DNA of 64,000 nucleotides from Macrostomum lignano (lineage: Eukaryota): the NCBI GenBank assembly GCA_002269645.1, contig NIVC01003807.1, positions 12,034 through 76,033 on the forward strand, written 5' to 3'. Positions 54,435 to 64,000 of the stretch are shown in pieces. The notes under the pieces were generated by a model. It was not told where the DNA came from. It did not search any database and saw only the letters and a program-made list of their open reading frames with translations. The position numbers and the translations under genes were made by a program. How positions within the stretch are numbered: position 1 is the stretch's first letter; every line of letters starts with the position of its first letter.

Positions 54435-54829
54435 CTTGATAGTTGGTAGCTTCAGTAATTAATAACTGAAGTTGACAAGCCAACAATGATGTCTTGATGA
54501 CTAAACTAGTTAGAATTGATAGAGTTTATTCTTTACAACTTATTATAAATAGTCTGGAAATTAGAAAATCAATAATATCATAGTTAAATACAAAGGTAAT
54601 TTTTACAATCATGTTAATCATATTATAGTATACTAAATGCTTATTCCCTAGTTTATTATAGTTGTAAAAATATCTAATACTTTAACATTTCATATTCATA
54701 TATTATGTATATAAAACAAACAATTAGTATTAAATGTAATTATGGTATCAAGACCTATATTATACTATAAAATCACAATAACAAATATTAGCTTTAAATA
54801 AATATTATAAAACAAAAAGGATTTATGAG

Positions 54830-55600
54830 TAAATAAATATTATAGCTTTTTGCAGCCTATTTGGGCTTATGCGCATTGAATTTAATCCAAGATATGTTTG
54901 TCAAAGTGATGGAGCTTTTGTCTATGGTAGCAAGGCTGGCACAGCGGCATTTAATTTGGTCCAACCAGCATCAATTTGGTCCATTTAGTTCATTTGCAGC
55001 TCAGTCCCAGAATTGTGGACCATATGCTAGGCTGTTGAACAAATGTCATTGGCTTGTGATCAAAGCACTCGATGGAGGTGAACACCCAAAGGACATTGCA
55101 AGGTTGTTGAATGTAAAAGAAAAGGTGGTTTACAGCATCCAGCAGTGCGTTGAAACTCTGCCAGCAGAGATTGCCTGCAAAAGGGTGGCAATCGCCAAGG
55201 AAAGTTGCTTGAGAGCCTCAGGTCCAACTGCTACTCGATGCAGTGGAAACGAACCCTTTGTTGACATTTCAGAAAATGCAGCAGAAGTTGAGGGAACAGC
55301 TCCAGTTGGTTATCAGATTTTGACTATCAGCAGAGCTCTGGAAAAGCAACTAAAAATTGCTGGTAGAGACGCTGACATTCCAGTGGTGCGCAATAACCTG
55401 CAGACAGTTGAGAGAAGGCAAGAGTGTCTCATGAGTGTTTGGACCAAATGGATGCTTTTGGACCAAATTAAATGCTGCTGCGCCAGCCTTGCTACCATAG
55501 ACAAAAGCTCCATTACATTGGCAAATGTATCTTGGATTAAATTAAATGCGCATAAGCCCAAATGGGCTGCAAAATGCTATATATATGCTCAAAAAATATA
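54830..55600. mobile_element. Inverted-repeat (fold-back/DNA transposon derivative) element: arms about 54830-54981 and 55440-55600; internal segment encodes an HTH-like remnant
   Basis: ORF 54861+ and ORF 55561- begin with near-identical peptides (MGLCALNLIQDMFVKVMELLSMVARLAQRHLIWS vs MGLCAFNLIQDTFANVMELLSMVARLAQQHLIWS). The internal IKALDGGEHPKDIARLLNVKEKVVYSI resembles Tc1/mariner N-terminal HTHs. Degenerate IR similarity continues outward. Confidence 0.7.
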
Positions 55601-57731
55601 AATTTATCACTAGTAATAAAATTCTTTGCTTTTAATCATAATATATCTAATAATGCAGCTAGGTGTACTAAATATATTGTAATTAATATACATGAGCAAT
55701 CCCCCTAATTTATACTAGCCATGCAATTTACTTTTTGACCAAAAATGTAATATACCTATGTCTATATAAAAGAAACCTAAATAAAAATTAAAGTAATTTT
55801 AGATAAATAGCAAAAGCAGATATGACTATATTACCTAGGCTAAATGAATTGTCATCTAATTAGAATTATATTCATATTTATAAGAGTTTTTTTTAACTTA
55901 CCCTAGCATAGGCTTGACTGGGCCCCTTACCAATTGGCTAGATGGCTAGCTTGGCTAAGTATTACACATATATGGTAATACATAATAGAATTTCTAAAAA
56001 ATTGCTTTCTTCACATGTTGATTATTGTATTCTTATTCCTCTTACTATCAAAATAAACAACTTTACCTAAAATCAAATTAATTCTTAGGTTTTTATTAAC
56101 AAAATAAAAATGATAAAAAACAAACTGACAAAGTAACAAGCTTTAATATTTATGTTATATAAGATAATTAGGCCTATAATTTTGTTTCATTCGAATAGGC
56201 CTAAAGACTTTTTATAATATTAAGTTTATACTAACTATTAAGTGGTCAAGAATAGGGAAATATTTTATATACAAACTAAAAAATATTAAAATAAAATATT
56301 TCTATAAATCCAAATAATCAATAACATAACAGCTATCAAAAAACAAGACCAAATAATTTACATCTTCATAAAGTTTTACTATGACTGTGAGCTACAAGTT
56401 AACTTTGTTTAGGCTTAGGGCAATAGAATATAGCCTATAGGGCAATATATGCAGATTTCAATCAGGTATACTTTATTTAAAATATTATTTTGATATTGCC
56501 TATGATACCTACTTAATCAACAGACATTATGCTACTAGTATTTGCAGTTGAACTTTTGGATATTTCCAAGCAAAATTGGAATTGCAGACTGCAGAGTACA
56601 GACAGACAGATAGTAATGAATGCCGCCATTGTAAAAATAAGTATGCCAATAAAATGTGGTATAAATGAATAGGATCTCGAATTACTCAGTATAGAGTTAA
56701 CTACATTATTGCGCATCAGTACACACCAGAATGATAGCAGAGGAGAACTCAAGAACCGATCAAGTCTCAATTGAGTCAAATATTTCACCGTCAACTTTAA
56801 ATGGTTCAGATGATTTCGTATAAAGTTTAGTTTTGAAAGAGCAAAAGATACAATTTATTTAAGTTATATCAAATTTCACAATTACAAAAATCACTAACTA
56901 GATATAATAGTCATCACAAGAGTTTAAGGTGCATTTTTTGAATAATAAAGGTGTTTTTTCACATAAAGTGTAAGAAAGTATCTTAACTTTTGTTTGATGG
57001 TCAAACAAAACTTACATTCGAACATTTTTAACACGAATATTTTTAAAAAATAAATTGAAATTAAAAAATAAAAGAAAATTCACGACTCAAACTGCAACGA
57101 TTAGACGGAACTGGTAGTCAATAATTATCTTTTATTAAGCAATTAATTATATACTTATCCAGAAAGCTTGCCTTTCAGAAATATATAATTGAACCTCTGG
57201 GTTGGGTGTTTTCATGCAATGTATAGTTGCTATTTGATTAGACTTAATTTTTTAGCTCTTTTTTGCCAGTACAGACGTAAGGTAGAGCACCACTATGATG
57301 TAATTTAGTGTATCGAATTTAAATCAGTCTGGAGCTAAATCTCTAGAGAGAAATTATTCATTATATCTATTCATTATATATGTATCACTCATATACTTAA
57401 TGTAATCCCTTATAACGCAAAAGACATTACATTTTCTATTTTTACAATGGCCTTATAGCTTTGGGAATCAATTCCTGTTTTTTGCTTCAAAAATTTTTCA
57501 TCTCCTAGCTAAATTGTTGTTTTTTGTAAAAAAAATGTTTTAAAAATACCTACTCAATACCTACTCAGGAAATTTTATAACATGCTAGATCTGTAACTGC
57601 TTGTGATGCACCTGATATTTAGACATGAATGTATGTAAGCGTTAATATGTGTTAGAAGTCACAGAGCATCTAAAGAATTTTTGTCCAATTTCTTCCAGAC
57701 TGAGCCATAACATGCCAGCCGAAAGACAAGC

Positions 57732-60700
57732 ATGAGTTCCGCAGCGCAAGAAGAAGCTACCGTGGCGGCCGCCGCCACAGCCTCCTCCAATTCAAATGGC
57801 TATCACCCTCCCGAAGCCGCCTCCGAGGGACGTCCTGCGTCACCAATTAAGCAGTCTTCGTCGCTGTCGTCTCCTGAGAGACGGCCGGCGTCGCCAGTCA
57901 AGCCGGACGACAGGCCCAGATCGCGTATGTCACGAGCCGAGCAGCTGCTCCTCGATTTGGACGCTGAAATCGAGCGCGATCGACGCCATCAGCGAGGTGG
58001 CAGCGCCTCGGTGTCTCCATCTCCGCCGCCGCATCCGCCAAAACAAGCTCTGGGTGGTAGCGAAAACGGTGGCAGCAGCAGCAAAGGAGGAAGTCGCGTT
58101 GATGTCAGAACAGTTTCTGTAAGTTTATATGCTCCGGCATGTAAAGTCATGAATTGATATACAGTATCCTAGCGATTGCAGGGAGTGCTTAGAGCGTCGG
58201 ACTCACTACTTAAAGGTCGGGGATTCGATTCCCGATCCCAATGTAACAACTTGTGTCCTTGAGCAATTGCTTCAGTTTACCCAGCTTTAAAATTGGTGCC
58301 AGCATTAGCTTGGGTATAATTGAGGGTGTGTGGGACGACCCCCAGTCCATGGACTGAACAGCCTTCAGATGCGCCGCGCAATAGCTGCGGCTGAGCTGTC
58401 GGTTGCACATCTGGCCCAATTGGGGCCAGGTGTAATCAATTATATTTTTATAGATGTTACGCTCATAGATGTTACCTTTGAAGGCTACCCTAGCTATTAT
58501 GGGTGACCATAAAAATAATCATTTGTGACTTCTAGTGCTGCCTGTACTTAACATTTGGCCCCCTTAGTGCCCCATTCAATTGTCTACGTTGTATAAGATC
58601 AATGTGTGAATAATTAAATTCAAAAGATCACTTCCAAAAAAAATTTTAAGATCCACTAGATTCGAAAGACTCAAACTGAAGTTTAAAAAGTTCTATATTA
58701 CGAGCGTAAATCTAAAAATGCGAATGTAACCCCCGAGTAGTTCTTGGCCTATTGCTGTTCTCTCAGACTTGCGCACTACTCAGTGTAGTTGCATCAAAAC
58801 TCTCAATCAGCTTCAAACGTTTATAAGGCTTTAAAAAAACAGGAAGTTAAAAATGTCAAAAGAAACTCCAATGGAATCTGCGCAGTCGCATTATCCGCTA
58901 TTGCTACCAGAGAAGTTTCTGCTAGATCGCTAAATAAGCGCATTCAGCCTGGAAAGCGGACAGCTGAGCCAGCAGAGATCCCTCAAACTGTTAGCCAGCA
59001 ATGACTCTGGCCGACTCGGGCCCTCCCGCACGTGCCGCTTATCGCCAATCAAACTTTGATTTTCAGCGAGCACTTGAAGAGGATGCAGCTGCTCACTCAG
59101 CCACTGCTCAGCGTAACCAGCCAGAACTGCAGCATCAGCAGTTGCTGCCTGACCAGCAGCGACTTCAGCGTCGAGTTGACGACCTTCTAGAAGAGAATCG
59201 GCGCCTGCAGGCCTCGCTAAGCCGGGCCACCGCAGCTGCCACTGCCGGAGGCGACTCGAACGGCACTACGGCGGACGGCGCGTCGGCCGACCGGCCCCGG
59301 CTGGACTCGGACGAGTCGCAGCGACTCCTGGATCGGCTGCTGTTTGAAAAGGAAACCATGGCAACTGAGATGCAGCAGCTTCGATTGCAGGTTGAGTCGC
59401 TTCAATTGCAAAAGCAGCAGCCGTCGGCCCAGCCGCAGCAGCAGCACCCTGGCCTACCAGAGTTCGACCCCGACAGTCCGGCTGCACTGAAGCGGCGCAT
59501 CAGTGAGTAGAAAATCCTAAAGAAATTCCAAGCCAATCTCTTACTACTACTAGAGGATTCTCCCTCCTGTGCCGACTCCGAAGACTTCTCGTCAATCATC
59601 AATGAACAACAATTTGCTGAATAAAAGTTCTAAATAGTGATCCCTATTCCCAGCGGGAGGAAGGGACGTTTAGGAAGCTGTTTTATGGTTTTCAAATTGC
59701 AATTCTGAGTGGCTTCATTGACAGCAGCAGTTTATGGCTACCACAGGCTTTGGGTGTGCTGTAAATTTTTAACGATTTAGTCTGCTCAGCCTCTCTCCAT
59801 CGGGCCTCAATATTTCTCTCACTCTCTCAATTTCATTAAACTGAGTTGCTCAACTCAACCGCTGACCTGCCGCTCCGCTCGTCCCGTCTCCCGTTGAGTT
59901 TGCTCAGCGGAGCTCGTCAACGGGGGACGTGGGCCGCTCTGTTTGCTCATCGTTGGCAATAACCCGCTGACTCAATTGCGACTGGCTAGGAGGAAAAAGC
60001 TGTGAGAGAAAGTGAGAGAGAGCGACATAACAGAGGCATCTGTGACTCACGAGGCCTCCTTAGCGGAAGCTTGAGGCCGGTGCAGTTGAGACCGCTTGGG
60101 TAAAGAAAGAAAATGGCAGCGACGACTAAGCTGACAGTTAGAAGGTCGCATAAGTGGCTACTCAATCGTAGATGAGCATCTTTGAGAGCACAGGGGCTCA
60201 CTGGGGTTACGGCACAGTTGGAAGCCCCTAACTAAATAGACACGGTTTTCGATTTTAAAGACTTAACCTCGCTATCCTACTAGTAAGTAATAAAAGTAGC
60301 TTATTTCAGAAAGCAATTTCTAATTGAATTGCAACTACACTATGCCACTTTCTAGTTGATCTGGAACAGCAGATTGCCGACCTGCACGAAGCCAACGAAA
60401 CGATGAGGCAGAGCAGCGCCGGTGGCCAGTCTCCGCAGCAGCAGCAACAGAAGCAGCAACAGCAGATCGGCAACAACCTGCCCAGCTGGAGTCCCGCCTC
60501 AGACAGTCGGCTGAGAGCCACTGTCGAAGAGCTGACGGTGGAGAATCGGGTGCTGCGCAATGAGGTATTTGAAGGCATTCGGTTTGCCACCTGAAAAAGT
60601 CCATGGGTTCGATTCGCTGGGTTAAGTTAGCCGCACTCAGTTTGCGCCTTAACTCTCCAGATTAAGATTTTTTAACAGGATTTTAGCATCGAATGAGTAG

Positions 60701-63700
60701 TAGAAAAATGGTACAGTCTGGCTGGCCAATCAGCGAGGGGGAGGCCCTGGAGGCGGGCGGGGCAGGGGAGCGGGGCAAGGCGGAGGCGGAGTGAGATAGG
60801 CTGGCGGCGTTGGGTGGGGTAGGATGGTGGGGTGCGGCAGACCGGAGGCGGGGTGAGATTGGCTGGCGATGTGGGGTTGGGCAAGGACTACTAAAGTATA
60901 TATTGTATATTACTTTAGTCGTCCTTGGGGTGAGGCAGGATGGTGGGGTGGGGTGGGCCGAGGGAGAGGTGAATCTGGGTTTTGGGCAGGCCAGAGGTGG
61001 GGTCGGGCAAAACATTTACCGGTATGCTTTCTTGAGGCCATGTGATTTAGCAAGCGAACTCTTAAGCCTCAATAGGAATCGAATTCGAGACCTCCAGGCT
61101 CTATCCGGTGCGTTATCCTCAGTAACAGGTGAAATTCCCTATATCCAGGTGACGCGTCTGCGCCAGAAAGAGCGGCCAGACATGTCATACTTGCGCGACG
61201 AGGTCGGCGGCCTGCGCACCGAGATGGACGCCCTCAGCGAGAGGAACAACCTGCTGATGCAGGAGAACCGACGCCTGCAAGCCGGGACCCACGGAACCGA
61301 CTCTTCCCTGTCCAGCTTCCATCATCGCGCGCTGTATTACGATGGCGTAGGCGGCAGTCTCGGAGGTGAGAGAACATTGCCGCTTCGTACATGCATGTGG
61401 AAGAATTTCCTGTCAATCGAGTGTCTACTCTTAATCAAGCCGATGATTATTCGTTAAAGTGAAAAACCGGCAGTTACGCGCATTTCAATTTGCTTCAAAT
61501 TCTTTGTAATTGATTTTTTTACTATTAACAAACTTCGTACGTACTACTACTTTGTAAGTACTACTATGCATTTAATGGGTCACACTTTTCCCTTCTCTAT
61601 CCTTGTCTATCCCATGTCTTTCCTTGGGGTTCCCCCTCTACCCCTGTCTATACTGGGGGTTCCCCCTCTTACCCCCGTCTATCCTTGGGGTTCCCCCCTC
61701 TACCCCCGTCTATCCTTGGAGTTCCCCCTCTACCCCCGTCTATCCTTGGGGTTCCCCCTCTTGTCTGTTCTTGGGGCTCCCCGTCTCTCTTGTTTATCTT
61801 TGGAGTTTCCCCTCTACCCCATTGTCTATTCTTGGGGTTTCCCTCTACCCCTGTCTCATTTGATTTTCTAAATAGTATCTCAAACTAGAAAGAAAAGGTC
61901 GCAGCCAGAACTGGACTTGAAGCACAAGAAGACGTCGGACCACAGGCAACGTCCGTATTAATAATTGCAGACTCAGCCAGCAGAGCTTCACTGAGCCAGC
62001 CACATCGCGGGCTGGACTCCGGCTTTCGAGCCGTGTCCATAGCCGATGTCAGCTGTGAGTTGCTGGCGCGGGTCGCCAGCTACTTGGCCAATACAATAAT
62101 ATTTGGCTTTTACTATGCAATAAACGCAGCCAGTTAATACCCAGATTCATTCTAAGATTACCACTTGAAGGGTAAATTCGATACTTTCTCGATGTAAACA
62201 TACGAATTAAAAAAGTAACCTTTAATAAAGGACCGGATCCAAACGTTTTCAGAAAGCGCTTTGTCCGGTACAGCAGCGCTTTCCCTAATTTTTTTTTCAT
62301 TCTGATGTTGAACGCTGCGTCTTCAATGCGCTAATTACGTTACAATAGTGCAAATATTATTTTTCCTTTCGTTGTTTTTCCTTCATCTAGCAAAATCCTA
62401 TATTTCTTATTTTAGGTATTACTCGTAGCATCCTGTCAATTTTTTCTTATAATTCATTATAAAAGCCTAGTATGTCATTAGGCGTGTCCCTCTACTGCCT
62501 CCGCGTTTCTTATTGGCTATTGCGGTCAAGGCGCCCACCTCCCTCAGCTTCTCTTATTGGTTGCTCCGGTCAAGGAAGACGCCCACCTCCCTCTGCGTCT
62601 CTTATTGGCTGTTCTGGTCAAGGAAGACGCCCACCTCCCTCCGCGTCTCTTATAGGCTGTTCTGGTCAAGGAAGACGCTCACCTCCATTCGTGTCTCTAG
62701 TTGGCTAATATAATAATGGGAGACGTCCCACCCCCTTCCTCCGCGTCTCTTTTGTCTGTCTCTTTTTGGCTGCTCTAGCTGTGGAAGACTGCATTTCTCA
62801 ATTCTCATTGGCCTGTTCTATTTCTCCCTCCAATCCGCTAGCCATATCAGCGAGCCGCCAGCAGCAGCAACAGCCGCGCCCCAGTTCGAGGCGCGCAGCT
62901 ATCAGCGCTACGAGCAGCCGTTCGAACTGACAGCCTCGGCCACCCTGGACCGGCACTCGCGCTCCCGGTCGCCAGCCAAGCAGGACTCCGCGCAGACGTT
63001 GAAGAAGCGACACCCGATTGTTCCGCCGTTGTCGCTTTCAGGCGCCGCGGATCCGGTCGGCGGCAACGGGACTGCGGCGGCCGCGCCAGCTGACGATTCG
63101 GGCGAATCGACGGACACGATACTCACCGATGTCGAACGGGAGTTTGAAGGCCTCGACGCTGGCAAAGGTGAAGAATTTGATACTGTTTATCAATCTGTTT
63201 TCATGCCAGAAGAAAATCCTAATGTCCCAAATACTGTACAGGGAAGATTTCTAGTAGCAATATTCCTGGATAAGAGTTTCTAGACAACAAAGGTAGAATT
63301 TTCCTAGAAAAAACTCTCATGGAACTGCGAAAAATGTTTTCTTTCATAAAAGAGTATTGAGATAAAGTTAGCTAACGAAAAACAAAATCATCGAGAAGGT
63401 ATTCAAGGTAACCATAGCAACGCCTTTACTAAATCTTTCAGCCGGCTACCGCAGCAAGTACACGCAGGACTTTTCCTCTTCGCGGCCGTTGGAAGCCGCG
63501 ACAGGCCGAGGCGCCAGTCGTCGCAGCTGCACGGCGGCTCCAGGCACGCCCGCTCCAGCTCCAGTCTGGCCGTCTACCGGTCGACTGGCAAGGCTCTAAA
63601 AGGCGGCCGCCGTCGCCTCCGCTGTCGCCTCCCCTGACGCCCCCGTCGCCGCCTACCCGGCGCCAGCAGCCGCAGCAGCCGGAGGGTGCGTCGTCAGCCC

Positions 63701-63924
63701 GTTCTCCACCTTAGGCCGGCATCCGTTTGCGCCGAAACGGCACAACGACATTCGAACCGGCGATCTGGTGAAGTTCACCAGACAGGGCGGCCGAATCTCC
63801 AAGGGCCTCGCTGCACTATATTGGCCGCCTGCCGGGCAGAACGACGTGTATCTCGGTGTGGAGCTCGACACGAGGAGGGCAAGCCACGCGATGGCGGTGT
63901 ACGACGGAAGCGGTACTTTCAGTG
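57732..63924 (+). CDS. Coiled-coil protein with C-terminal CAP-Gly domain (partial, continues beyond the window). Probable exons 57732-58118, 59067-59502, 60356-60564, 61149-61365, 61876-61945 (tentative), 62842-63167, 63442-63924 (several frameshifts)
   Basis: Coiled-coil exons join in phase. The last exon contains GDLVKF..GRISKG..HYIGRLPG..VYLGVELD..EEGK..DG..KRYFQ, the CAP-Gly signature, but spread over shifting frames. Confidence 0.7.
58165..58428 (+). mobile_element. tRNA-derived SINE, copy 2
   Basis: Matches 37875-38157 over head, core and the 3' tail (cagccttcagatgcgccgcgcaatagctgcggctgagctgtcggttgcaca). Confidence 0.8.
61590..61850. repeat. ~30-bp C-rich minisatellite (ccttgggggttccccctctacccctgtctat)
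   Basis: Read directly. Confidence 0.8.
62480..62800. repeat. 48-bp minisatellite (cgcccacctccctctgcgtctcttattggctgttctggtcaaggaaga)
   Basis: Read directly; 16-aa periodicity in the ORF track. Confidence 0.8.
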
Positions 63925-64000
63925 GTGAGGAGCGTTTTATTTAACTCCATGCTCGCACTTTGCCAAATCAGCATTTAGCATTTTGCCAAAGTACTGTGTC

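Overview
Eukaryotic, intron-rich and minisatellite-saturated DNA. The style (GC-rich Ala/Gln/Ser-rich exons, a private tandem repeat in most introns) resembles the flatworm Macrostomum lignano, but that assignment is inference. By hand-splicing I can support six genes: the 3' end of INTS7 (+), an orphan single-exon coiled-coil ORF (-), a compact ATRX/XNP helicase with no visible ADD domain (+), PGM3 (-), RTEL1 with harmonin-like and RING C-terminal domains (-), and a partial coiled-coil/CAP-Gly gene (+). A roughly 16.3-kb, almost invariant 28-bp satellite lies just upstream of ATRX. Dispersed elements are a hAT-type MITE (2 copies, 8-bp TSDs), a TIR plus sub-TIR MITE family (3 copies), a tRNA-headed SINE (2 copies) and a long-inverted-repeat element with an HTH remnant upstream of RTEL1. 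The most interesting leads are: PGM3 has no genomic in-frame ATG and may take its start codon from a trans-spliced leader as the downstream gene of an RTEL1-PGM3 operon; the giant homogeneous satellite; two well-supported GC-AG introns plus a tentative third; and one-base frame defects in RTEL1, possibly ATRX, and the CAP-Gly exon, which are most likely assembly indels. No CRISPR, rRNA or intact tRNA genes were seen.
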